IMG/VR virus record: IMGVR_UViG_3300025437_000010
Coordinates: 46,199-110,198 of that record
Reading direction: 5' to 3' (one strand)
Length of the DNA: 64,000 nt
From: a virus
Below, in pieces: positions 39,195 through 48,108 of the stretch (the stretch's first letter is position 1; every line of letters starts with the position of its first letter). Under the pieces are notes generated by a model, which worked only from the letters and a program-made list of their open reading frames with translations, had not been told where the DNA came from and ran no database searches. A program made the translations under genes and the position numbers.

Positions 39195-39397
39195 TGAAAT
39201 ATCACGTTCGCCTTACTTCTGAACAGTGGCATGAAATGTATTATCGTATTCCAGAACACAATCAACATACTGGATTTGATAAGTATTATAACTGTGAGAC
39301 TGATGAAATCAAATGTTTGAACACTGACGGAACCGATCACTATCTTGTGTTTGAAACTGAAAAAGATGCAATCATGTGGGTTTTGAAGTATCTATGA
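39191..39397 (+). CDS. Small protein, C-terminal motif family
   Basis: Ends VFETEKDAIMWVLKYL. Confidence 0.65.
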   Translation: MMKYHVRLTSEQWHEMYYRIPEHNQHTGFDKYYNCETDEIKCLNTDGTDHYLVFETEKDAIMWVLKYL

Positions 39398-39573
39398 TAG
39401 AGGTTCATATTTCTCTGGCAAAATATTTTAGTCTTGCCGATGCAAGCCTTGACACAGATGAATTTGAAAAAAAGTTTAATGCATACCCAAAATTATCACC
39501 CAATATTGCCGTAATTATATTGGTGTTTAAAAATGAACAAGATGCAATTTGGTTCCAATTGAGGTATTTATGA
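39394..39573 (+). CDS. Small protein, C-terminal motif family
   Basis: Ends VFKNEQDAIWFQLRYL. Confidence 0.65.
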   Translation: MIEVHISLAKYFSLADASLDTDEFEKKFNAYPKLSPNIAVIILVFKNEQDAIWFQLRYL

Positions 39574-39803
39574 CAAAACAAATCATACTAAAATACAAAC
39601 TTGTTCGCCGTGGTGAAAAGTGGTGTGTTCGCGTCAAGGGATTGGTGAATACCACCGATTCATTCGGTTTCTGTCATGAGCGTAATATGAGCTATCACAT
39701 TAAACAGCACTGGTCTGGTCGGTCCGTTTATGAATGGGATTACGATTTTATCTTTGACAAGGGCTATGAAGCCACTACATTTATTATGGGATATTTGGTA
39801 TGA
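39570..39803 (+). CDS. Small protein, C-terminal motif family
   Basis: Ends FDKGYEATTFIMGYLV. Confidence 0.6.
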   Translation: MTKQIILKYKLVRRGEKWCVRVKGLVNTTDSFGFCHERNMSYHIKQHWSGRSVYEWDYDFIFDKGYEATTFIMGYLV

Positions 39804-40063
39804 TTATCTATAAAATTCGCCACAAAGAAACTGGAAAGTTTTTGAAGGGGACTCCTACATATCACAGCTATGATAAGGACGGTCGTATTTTTCCGACTAT
39901 TGGCAATCTTCGTACCTTTTTAGCCAACATACTAAGATATGATCATACCCGTGGTCATGTTGCGCTTTGGGACATTATTGAGTATGAAATCACTGAAAAT
40001 AGTGTCAAGGGTGTTCATGAAGTTATCAAGCCCGAGCAACTTATCAACATGTTGAAGAAATAA
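39800..40063 (+). CDS. Hypothetical protein
   Basis: YKIRHKETGKF..G. Confidence 0.65.
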   Translation: MIIYKIRHKETGKFLKGTPTYHSYDKDGRIFPTIGNLRTFLANILRYDHTRGHVALWDIIEYEITENSVKGVHEVIKPEQLINMLKK

Positions 40064-40065
40064 TT

Positions 40066-40290
40066 ATGTCTGAGTGGCAACTTATTGATACTGCACCAAA
40101 AGATGGGACAGAAATAATCTGCTGGCCCGGTTTAAGAAAAAACAATTCTTCCGTAATGGGCGCATGGTTGAATACGAGGGGTGGACCATGTTGGTATGAT
40201 CTTGCGGTAGGACATCACAATGGATATTGGAAACCCACACATTGGATGCCGATGCCCGAGCCTCCCTCTTTGGAAAATAATCATGAATAA
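40066..40290 (+). CDS. DUF551-like protein
   Basis: EWQLIDTAPKDGT...PTHWMPMPEPP. Confidence 0.8.
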   Translation: MSEWQLIDTAPKDGTEIICWPGLRKNNSSVMGAWLNTRGGPCWYDLAVGHHNGYWKPTHWMPMPEPPSLENNHE

Positions 40291-40760
40291 ACCATATGAT
40301 TTAAATGGAAGTGCATATAAAGACCTTCCTAACCGTCTTGAAAAACAGGCTCAAAATGTTGAAAAAGACGGGTGGCTTAATGCTGCCCGTCTTATGCGTA
40401 ATGCTGCCGATGTCCTGCGTGAACTTCACGAGAATAATATTATTAAACTTGACTTGGATGGAGATGATGATGTATAATATACTTTGCCGTATTGGATTTC
40501 ATAGTTGGGTGATACTTGATAGTGTTGGCATGACCAATCCCTACCGATGCAAAAACTGCGGAAAGAGCACGATGAAATGAACGAAGACAAATACAAAGTT
40601 GCACTGGAAAAACTGATTTCAGTTCTTGACCGTTGCCCTCAATTTGAATCTGGGGCAGGTGGAATGTCCATTGAAGCACAGATGCGTAGAACCTTTATCA
40701 ATCGTGTTCCTGCTATGGCAGTAGAAGATGCACGTAATGTTTTGTTAGGTATTGATGATT

Positions 40761-41261
40761 ATGAGTCCTGAACTTGATCAACATATTAGAGAGAAGTATC
40801 CACTTATCTTTCAGAACTCATGTGAAATGAGCATCGGTGATGGCTGGTTTGACATTGTAGACAATGCATGTGGTGGCATTCAAACTCATATTGATTATAC
40901 TGAACAACTGATTGTAATGGCTATTCATTGGAATAATCAAGTGAACGATCCTGATTTTGATTGGGATGCACACAAAGGCTCTTTTACCAAGAGAGAAGAA
41001 CGAAAAGTTCCAGAGCCGGTTGAACAAGTTGTTGCCACACAGATCAAAGAAAAATTTGGCAATTTTCGTTTCTATTATCAGGGTGGCGACGATTATATTC
41101 GCGGGATCGTCAGTATGGCAGAAGCAATGAGTGCCTTAACATGTGAAGAATGTGGACATCCCGGTAAAAAACGAAATAGAAAACATTGGTTTTTGACACT
41201 TTGTGACAAACATGCAGAAGAACAAGGATTTATTCAAGATGAATTTACGAGTACTACTTAA
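40761..41261 (+). CDS. Conserved hypothetical phage protein
   Basis: GDGWF...QIKEKFG.FRFYY...TCEECG...TLCDKH. Confidence 0.75.
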   Translation: MSPELDQHIREKYPLIFQNSCEMSIGDGWFDIVDNACGGIQTHIDYTEQLIVMAIHWNNQVNDPDFDWDAHKGSFTKREERKVPEPVEQVVATQIKEKFGNFRFYYQGGDDYIRGIVSMAEAMSALTCEECGHPGKKRNRKHWFLTLCDKHAEEQGFIQDEFTSTT

Positions 41262-41778
41262 AGCATTAATCCCATCAAAACGAGATATTAAGTTTGCTGG
41301 ACAAGTTTCACTTTTATGCATAGCCATGATGGTGATCGCACTCCCGGTTATACTTGCTGTAGGGACCGCCTTCCTTGGTATTTGTTACCTTATTACTTTC
41401 TTTTTGGGTAGTTATGTCACAAATGTATTCGTATACGTTTTGGGCATATCGTGGTTTTTGTGGATTATGTTCGGTGATACAGTAATGAACAGATACCAAA
41501 ATAATCTCCAAAAAATTAAGGACAAGTAAATGGCAGAAGATCAAAAATTTATCATGGTTGTGATTAGTGTTGTAGTCTATTTATTCATAGCATTTTCTAC
41601 AACACTGACAAATGCCGGTGAGGACATTCATCCTCTTATGGGTGTCTGGTGGCCAATTCTTCTTGTTAGAGAATTATGGAAGTCATTTTATAAGCATGTC
41701 ATCTGTGAAAAGTGGTATTGAATCTGCTTGACAATAGATCGGTTATTTGTTATATTTGTTCTTTAGAAAGGATATAAC

Positions 41779-41800
41779 ATGACCCGTATCGCTATCCGAC
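41779..41800 (+). pseudogene. Relic of the original 5' end of the metallophosphoesterase gene
   Basis: TTGACA(41728)-N17-TATATT, AAAGGA RBS, then ATG ACC CGT ATC GCT ATCCGAC = MTRIA..SD, matching (L)RVAIASD downstream. Confidence 0.6.
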
Positions 41801-42439
41801 ATATGTCGCAGAATATCCTTTGATTTTAGGATGCTTGGATGTTGTTCCATCACGCAACACACCATATATTAGATGAAATGGTAATCCCAATTCTTTACAA
41901 GTATGTCTAAGATTCCCAAAACATTCTATTTTTTTGCCTAAAGGATCAACAATAAGTATCCGTCTTGCTCTGGGATTATTTTTTCCAGAGTTATCTTTAC
42001 CTTTAAAGTTTGCAGATCGTTTCTTCTTAAGTTCATCGGCTTTTTCTTTACCATATAGTTCTTCGTATGATTTACCTTTAAACCTATCTGTAGCAACTTT
42101 TCCTTGTGCCGCTTTCACCTCATCTGTGTGAGTTTTTCCGTACATACCGTTGCCCTCCCCTCGCGCGCCACCACCGTCGCCGTATTCTTCTTTAAGATTA
42201 GCCCACTCTTTACTTTCTACTACATTCCACAAAGCACTGTAATATAGCCCCCATTCCCTAACTTCTTCGTTAGTTTGACATTCTCGCAGGATTTCCGTAG
42301 TGACATCATATCCATGTTTTTTTATATGGTTTTGCCATCTTTTGCCGGAACCTTTATATTTATGTGGGTCTTGTGTAGTTTTTCCGAGGTAATTGAGACC
42401 GGTTTTGTTATGGGTCTTCTTGTACAAATAAATAGTCAT
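41792..42439 (-). CDS. Free-standing GIY-YIG (Seg-like) homing endonuclease
   Basis: IYLYKKTH...YLGKT...YKGSG...W...ANLK; NUMOD3-like GMYGKTHTDEVK; late promoter ATAAATA (42502-42508, minus) and AAGGAG RBS. Confidence 0.9.
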   Translation of the reverse strand: MTIYLYKKTHNKTGLNYLGKTTQDPHKYKGSGKRWQNHIKKHGYDVTTEILRECQTNEEVREWGLYYSALWNVVESKEWANLKEEYGDGGGARGEGNGMYGKTHTDEVKAAQGKVATDRFKGKSYEELYGKEKADELKKKRSANFKGKDNSGKNNPRARRILIVDPLGKKIECFGNLRHTCKELGLPFHLIYGVLRDGTTSKHPKIKGYSATYVG

Positions 42440-42636
42440 TGCTGATACTCCTTAACAGTATTAGAGGGGATGGGCATTGCGAGTGCCGCGATCCTCACTT
42501 TTATTTATCTTTTTCGTTGACATCAATTAATTTTGATGTTATAATCAATCTATCATTTAACAAAGGAATCATAATTATGAATCAGAAAGGAAAAGGTGTC
42601 GGAAGTTTGCGTGTTGCAATTGCTTCCGACCTTTAG
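41801..42636. mobile_element. Homing cassette: GIY-YIG gene, divergent promoters and replacement 5' end of the target gene
   Basis: Bounded by TCCGAC (SD) on the left and CTC CAC (LH) on the right, i.e. inserted inside metallophosphoesterase motif I. Confidence 0.65.
42517..42545 (+). promoter_or_regulatory. Consensus sigma70 promoter for the metallophosphoesterase
   Basis: TTGACA-N17-TATAAT. Confidence 0.85.
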
Positions 42637-43458
42637 CTCCACTTGGAATTTGAAACCATTACTCTTCCAAACACAGAAGGAGCAAAGGTTCTTATCCTTG
42701 CAGGTGATATCGTGACTGCATATGCACTTCATGAGAACCCACACCCTATCATTCCTCCAGCAGAACATGTCATCTGGAAGCCAAGTAAAGGCCAACAATT
42801 GGCTATGCGTTTTCGTGAATTCTTTAACCATGTAAGTGCTGAATATGAACATGTAGTTTACGTTGCTGGAAATCATGAGTTTTATCATGGTAAATATCCC
42901 GATGCATATGACTGGCTTCGTGAAGAAATGAAAAACTATCCAAACATTCATTTTCTTGATCACGATAAAGTTGAAATTGATGGTATCACTTTCCTTGGCG
43001 GCACACTTTGGACCGACATGAACAAGCGCGATCCATCTACGCTGCAGTTGATTGAAGGCATGATGAATGACTTTCACATTATTCGTAATAGTCAGCAGAA
43101 CTACCGAAAGTTTCTTCCTGTGGACGCGGTAGCACATCATGCGTCTACTTTGGGATATATCAGACAGACGGTTGATGCTGATCCGAGCAAGCAATATGTC
43201 GTAATAGGACATATGGCTCCTACTCCCTTGAGCATTCATGCAAACTACAAAAACGATTACTATATGAATGGTGGATATCATAGTGATCTGTCTGAATTTA
43301 TTCTTGATCGTCCTCAGATTACTCATTGGTTCCATGGACATGTTCATAACCCATTTGATTATATGATGGGTGATACTCGTGTTGTGTGTAATCCGCGTGG
43401 GTATAAAGGGCACGATCCCAATGCTGATCTGTTTCAATTGAAGTTTTTGGATATTTGA
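42577..43458 (+). CDS. Calcineurin-like metallophosphoesterase with in-frame TAG (CTT-TAG-CTC) in motif I; candidate ribosomal stop-hop
   Basis: MNQKGKGVGSLRVAIASDL*LHLEF; all later motifs intact: LAGDI, AGNHEFY, TLWTD, GHMAP, HGHVH, NPRGY. Confidence 0.8.
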
Positions 43459-43482
43459 TAATTAATATAAAAGGATTTAATT

Positions 43483-43845
43483 ATGCACCAACTCACAGTG
43501 TTAATCACTAATCTGTTAAGTTTTGGTTTGGGCTTTATGATCGCTTCCCGTTTCCTTTATGGGAACGCGGTCAAGCAGGTCAGTAAAGATAAGCAGAGAC
43601 AAATGTTTCCTGTATGTATTGCAGAATATATGGAGGGCAACTATTATCTCTACACAGAAAAGCCTCAAACTTTTTTGTGCCAAGCTCCCACCATTGAAGA
43701 GTTGGCCAAGACCCTGAAGAATAACAAGCACATTTCATTGGCTTTTGTCGTATCCAAAGACGTTAAAACTGAAATGTTCTGGTTTGCTGATGGAGAGGCA
43801 ACTCCTACCTCACCTAACTCCATGTTGCCAAAAATTAATAATTAA
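43483..43845 (+). CDS. Membrane-anchored hypothetical protein
   Basis: N-terminal TM; FLCQAPTIEEL. Confidence 0.65.
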   Translation: MHQLTVLITNLLSFGLGFMIASRFLYGNAVKQVSKDKQRQMFPVCIAEYMEGNYYLYTEKPQTFLCQAPTIEELAKTLKNNKHISLAFVVSKDVKTEMFWFADGEATPTSPNSMLPKINN

Positions 43846-43853
43846 GGAAAAAG

Positions 43854-44393
43854 ATGAAGATTAATTTAGGACGATATCCCAGTGGATTCGGTATCCAACG
43901 TAAGATAGACATTAATATTGAGAAGTTTGATACATGGAGCTTGGACAACACGCTTGCGCTGATCATTCTCCCTGCACTCATTCAACTTAAGCAATCTAAA
44001 CATGGTGTTCCAAGCGAATTTGTATCTGCAATTGGCGGAGACATGGATAGAAATTATGTTTTTGATTTCATACACGAGGATGAGCGCGCAGTATTTGATA
44101 AAAACTGTGAAAAATGGGAAGAAACGTTTGACAAGATGATTTGGTCATTTCAGCAAATTGTTGATGGTGATTATGATAGTCGTTATCACCATGGTGAATT
44201 TGTTCTTCATTGGAAAAAATCTGAGATAGTATATCCTAATCCTATTACAGGAAAGGATGAAGAGACTTATGAAATGGTGGATGAAAATCCAAACGGTCAC
44301 TGGTATGATTATGTGGGACATAGATTACATGAAGAACGTATCCAAGAAGGGCTTGAATTGTTTGGTCGTTATTTCCGAAGTTTATGGGATTAA
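43854..44393 (+). CDS. Conserved hypothetical phage protein
   Basis: DTWSLDNTLALIILP.L.QLK..KHG.P...IQEGLELFGRYFRSLWD. Confidence 0.8.
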   Translation: MKINLGRYPSGFGIQRKIDINIEKFDTWSLDNTLALIILPALIQLKQSKHGVPSEFVSAIGGDMDRNYVFDFIHEDERAVFDKNCEKWEETFDKMIWSFQQIVDGDYDSRYHHGEFVLHWKKSEIVYPNPITGKDEETYEMVDENPNGHWYDYVGHRLHEERIQEGLELFGRYFRSLWD

Positions 44394-44396
44394 TTA

Positions 44397-44918
44397 ATGA
44401 AGCCTAAATTTATTGATTACTTTATGAAATTTGCTGCACTTACTAGCACACTTAGTTATGCAAAACGATTGAAAGTTGGAGCAGTTATTGTAAAAAATGA
44501 TACTCAGATTATCGCCACTGGCTATAATGGAATGCCGAGTGGATGGGATAATGACTGTGAGTTTAAAGTTTGGGACAATGGGGCAGGAGGATGGCTTTCT
44601 GTTGAAGAGTTTGAATCCCAATATCCATATGAAATGTGGAATGAGCAATCCAGATGTAATGTTAGATATGGATTAAAGACTCGCCCCGAGGTGCTACATG
44701 CAGAAAGTAACGCACTTATGAAGGTGGCAAAAAGCACGGAGTCATCCGAAGGTGCTACTTTGTTTTGCACTCATGCACCATGCATTGACTGTGCCAAACT
44801 TATCTATCAAGCAGGAATCTCAACAGTATATTACCAAGAACAGTATCGCGACGATGCTGGATTGCGATTTTTGACACAAGGGGGGATTAATGTCCATAAG
44901 TATACCGACTGCCCATAG
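44397..44918 (+). CDS. dCMP deaminase
   Basis: KVGAVIV, GYNG, LHAESNA, APCIDCAK. Confidence 0.92.
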   Translation: MKPKFIDYFMKFAALTSTLSYAKRLKVGAVIVKNDTQIIATGYNGMPSGWDNDCEFKVWDNGAGGWLSVEEFESQYPYEMWNEQSRCNVRYGLKTRPEVLHAESNALMKVAKSTESSEGATLFCTHAPCIDCAKLIYQAGISTVYYQEQYRDDAGLRFLTQGGINVHKYTDCP

Positions 44919-45090
44919 AGCCAACATTACTCTCCCTTACGGACAATTACAGCCCATTGTAGAATGGTGTGAACGTAATTGCACTGGAGACTGGCGGTTT
45001 ATGGAAAACGTTGAAGATCAATTTAACGGTTTTGATTTTCTATTTGAATCCGAACGTGACTACGTAGCATTTTTAATCTGGAACAAATGA
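44890..45090 (+). CDS. Small protein, C-terminal motif family
   Basis: EWCERNC.G.W...FESERDYVAFLIW. Confidence 0.65.
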   Translation: MSISIPTAHRANITLPYGQLQPIVEWCERNCTGDWRFMENVEDQFNGFDFLFESERDYVAFLIWNK

Positions 45091-45091
45091 T

Positions 45092-45361
45092 ATGAAGTTT
45101 TTAATTTTTAATCGTGAATCAAACAACTTTGATGACATCCTACAGGACATCAAGACCAATAAAATTGGTTATAAAATACGGTTTCATAACCATTTGATTG
45201 TCGGTTTTGAGAACAACAAAGATGATATGCAGTCACTATTCACACTGAAATATGGCGATGATATGATTAATTTTAGTCATATCATTCCTGATCGCAGTCC
45301 CGTTATGAACAAAGATTATATTCCTGTCAAAAAAATGACTAACCGTCGCCGCAAATCTTGA
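45092..45361 (+). CDS. Hypothetical protein
   Basis: QSLFTLKYGD; in operon. Confidence 0.6.
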   Translation: MKFLIFNRESNNFDDILQDIKTNKIGYKIRFHNHLIVGFENNKDDMQSLFTLKYGDDMINFSHIIPDRSPVMNKDYIPVKKMTNRRRKS

Positions 45362-45392
45362 CAATAGCGACGTTTTTTGATATAATAATCTT

Positions 45393-45935
45393 ATGAAAAT
45401 AAACGATTTAATAGAATCCGAACAAATAGGCAAGCCTATTTGCTATGTTGATATGGATGGCGTTCTTGCAGATTTGTATTCTGATGCCGCAGAATTTAGT
45501 GATGTGGAACACTATAATGATATGACTAATGATCAATGGGAACGCTTCTTTAAGGATTCAGATGCGTATCATTTGTTTCGCGATGTAAAGCCCTTTTCCA
45601 CAGCGAACGCACTTATCCAACTCGTGAAGAAATATGCTGGTGGATATACCATTTTAAGCAGCCCTCTAAGATTTGATGAAGGCGGAAGCATCAAAGGTAA
45701 GCGTGAATGGCTACAAAAACATGTGATCATCAAGCCTGATAATGTTATTTTTGAGCGCGAAAAATACAAATACGCAGTTCAGCCTGACGGAACACCAAAT
45801 GTCTTAATTGATGATTGGAAGGGAAATACTATTCCTTGGAGCAATCACGGTGGTGTTGCTATCAAATATCAAGCGGATGAGGATTCTCTGGATAAAGTAA
45901 CGAATGTGTTACAAAATGTTTTCTGTGATAAATAA
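45393..45935 (+). CDS. 5'(3')-deoxyribonucleotidase (HAD)
   Basis: YVDMDGVLAD, ILSSP, K.EWL, LIDDW. Confidence 0.88.
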   Translation: MKINDLIESEQIGKPICYVDMDGVLADLYSDAAEFSDVEHYNDMTNDQWERFFKDSDAYHLFRDVKPFSTANALIQLVKKYAGGYTILSSPLRFDEGGSIKGKREWLQKHVIIKPDNVIFEREKYKYAVQPDGTPNVLIDDWKGNTIPWSNHGGVAIKYQADEDSLDKVTNVLQNVFCDK

Positions 45936-45957
45936 TAGATATATTTCGGAGATTACA

Positions 45958-47043
45958 ATGACTGATACCAGAGACCTATACAGACTTATCCGCAGCATGG
46001 AAGAAAACCATGAGAGTGATACTATTCAGCTTCATGACCGTGTTGATATTGAACTCAATGAAAATTTTGTCATTGAAACGGGAGTAGTGGGCTTTACAGA
46101 AGATGGAATCATTCTTCATCTAGATGAAGACGCTGCTGAGTTTCTTGGTTTCCATGGTATTTTGAATGAATCAGAAAATGTTGATGAATACATGAAAATG
46201 GGTGCAGACTCCGATGCATCATCTGCCGGTTCATACATGATGGGTGAAGACAGTAATGACAGTCATCCTGCAGAAGGCGCTATTCGTTGGAGAATTCTTC
46301 GTCAGCACCCAGAATTAGTTGGTAAGTATGGTCCGGTAAGAATTATGGCAGCAATTGAAGACGTAGCACATGAGGTGGGTGACGTTGAAGAAATTGGAAG
46401 TTCAGATGTTAGTGGTTGGGTGAAAGAAGTTGTTCATGCCCTTGAATCTGGTAACTATGATCATTTAGACTCCGATGCTGATAACGATGAACTTAATGAA
46501 ATTAAAAAACTTGCTCATGGAAAAAATGAAGAAGAGTTGGAAGAAGGCTGGAAGACTTGGGCACTCGGTGGTGCTGCAGCAATTGCAGCAATGCTTGGCA
46601 TTAGTCACATGGAATATGAAAATGCTATTAAATCTGATCCGCAGTTAGCTAAACTCAATTCGTATTTGGAACGTGCAATTAAAAGCGGCGACGAATATAA
46701 AATCAAAGAACTAAAAGATCGTCTACAAAAAACATATGATCATTATTCAACCACTGGCGATGAAATTCGTGACGAAACCGGAAAACCTGTTGATCCCATG
46801 TATGAAGCAGAGTATCAAGGACGTAAAGTTACGCTTAATAAGCCAATGGCAGGTGATGTCGCCAAAAGTAAAGTCTATGTTAAAAAGCCAAACGGTAAAG
46901 TAGTAAAGGTCAATTTTGGCGATCCAAATATGCGTATAAAGAAAAATAGCCCAGGTCATCGTAAATCATTCAGAGCAAGACATCACTGTGAAAATCCTGG
47001 ACCTAAATGGAAAGCGCGCTATTGGTCATGCCGTGCTTGGTAA
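45958..47043 (+). CDS. Probable head-associated multidomain protein
   Basis: Late promoter ATAAATA; acidic linkers (LNE, LEE); C-terminal EAEYQGRKVTLNKP...KVNFGD...SFRARHHC...ARYWSC. Confidence 0.7.
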   Translation: MTDTRDLYRLIRSMEENHESDTIQLHDRVDIELNENFVIETGVVGFTEDGIILHLDEDAAEFLGFHGILNESENVDEYMKMGADSDASSAGSYMMGEDSNDSHPAEGAIRWRILRQHPELVGKYGPVRIMAAIEDVAHEVGDVEEIGSSDVSGWVKEVVHALESGNYDHLDSDADNDELNEIKKLAHGKNEEELEEGWKTWALGGAAAIAAMLGISHMEYENAIKSDPQLAKLNSYLERAIKSGDEYKIKELKDRLQKTYDHYSTTGDEIRDETGKPVDPMYEAEYQGRKVTLNKPMAGDVAKSKVYVKKPNGKVVKVNFGDPNMRIKKNSPGHRKSFRARHHCENPGPKWKARYWSCRAW

Positions 47044-47080
47044 AACAAATCGGTGATTAGTATTCTAACTAAATATTAAT

Positions 47081-47263
47081 ATGTCATCCAAATCCAAAAG
47101 AAGCAAAACGAGATATGAGGTCATCACTCAGGAAGATTCCAATGGTGACATGATCATACCTGTGCCCATTCCACTTCTAAAATATTTAGGCTGGAAAGAG
47201 GGTGATGCCGTTGAAATAGGCATTGATGAGCATGGTGAATTATTTTTAAAAAAGGCAAATTAA
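47081..47263 (+). CDS. AbrB/MazE-like swapped-hairpin protein
   Basis: GDMIIPVP..LLKYLGWKEGD. Confidence 0.7.
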   Translation: MSSKSKRSKTRYEVITQEDSNGDMIIPVPIPLLKYLGWKEGDAVEIGIDEHGELFLKKAN

Positions 47264-47835
47264 TGATTGATTCTATTATTATTGATGACGAAGAAATTTA
47301 TATGACAAATGATGATGGTGATATTAAAGAAGAAGACAAAACAGAACAGAATTCTATTGACTGGAATGTCATTAGCGGTTTGGCAAATAGCATGAGCATT
47401 TCAAACAGCATATATAATCACCAGACATCTTATGGTATAAGCAATGGAATTCTTTCTGGAGGTGGGGGCACTGTTTATACTGTTGGAAGTGGCGGTGGAT
47501 ATAGCGGTGGCGTTGGCAGTTCCGCAACATGGGCAAATCATGCAATAACTGCAGCTTCTCCTTATAACAGTCCAATTTGGTCCACACCATCTATTGCGCA
47601 AATCGGTTCATCATTAAATGTGTCTGGTGATACAACAATTAATGGAGAACTTACCGTCAAGGGCGTTAAACTATCTGATAGGTTGGACAAAATTGAAGAA
47701 CGTCTTGGTATTCTGAGACCAAACACTAAGTTAGAAGAACGCTGGGATGAATTAAAAGAACTTGGTGATAGATATCGCGAACTTGAAAAAGAAATTAAAG
47801 AAAAAGAAGAAATATGGGATTTGCTAAAAAAGTGA
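47263..47835 (+). CDS. Hypothetical protein (Gly/Ser-rich, C-terminal coiled coil)
   Basis: IEERLGILRPN.KLEERW.ELKELG..YRELE. Confidence 0.7.
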   Translation: MIDSIIIDDEEIYMTNDDGDIKEEDKTEQNSIDWNVISGLANSMSISNSIYNHQTSYGISNGILSGGGGTVYTVGSGGGYSGGVGSSATWANHAITAASPYNSPIWSTPSIAQIGSSLNVSGDTTINGELTVKGVKLSDRLDKIEERLGILRPNTKLEERWDELKELGDRYRELEKEIKEKEEIWDLLKK

Positions 47836-47847
47836 TTAAGAATTAAT

Positions 47848-48063
47848 ATGTCTAAAGAAGACACAATTAAAGTAGAGGGCGAAATCATTGATGTTTTGCC
47901 AAATACTACCTTCAAAGTTAAACTCGAAAATGATATGACTATTTTAGCATATCTTGCCGGTAAGATGCGTCAACATGAGATTCGTATTCTTATGGGTGAT
48001 AAGGTATCAATTGAAATCAGCGCCTATGATGTTTCAAAAGGACGAATAGTCAGAAGACTGTAA
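47848..48063 (+). CDS. infA: Translation initiation factor IF-1
   Basis: [28 protein letters not shown]...GKMR...IRIL.GDKV...YD..KGRI. Confidence 0.95.
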   Translation: MSKEDTIKVEGEIIDVLPNTTFKVKLENDMTILAYLAGKMRQHEIRILMGDKVSIEISAYDVSKGRIVRRL

Positions 48064-48108
48064 AGATATATTTCAAAACACATTTGTGCATGCTTGAATA
48101 AATACAGT

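Noticed and set aside
41801-42636. Cassette removed by group I splicing (it ends in G before CTC CAC)
   Set aside because: No group I core elements, the relic 5' part is out of frame and ends in C rather than U, and the cassette carries its own promoter and start.
42553-43437. Long antisense ORFs in the track (e.g. 42553-43437, 19107-19685, 30694-31275)
   Set aside because: They are shadows of well-supported sense genes, with no motifs or RBS.
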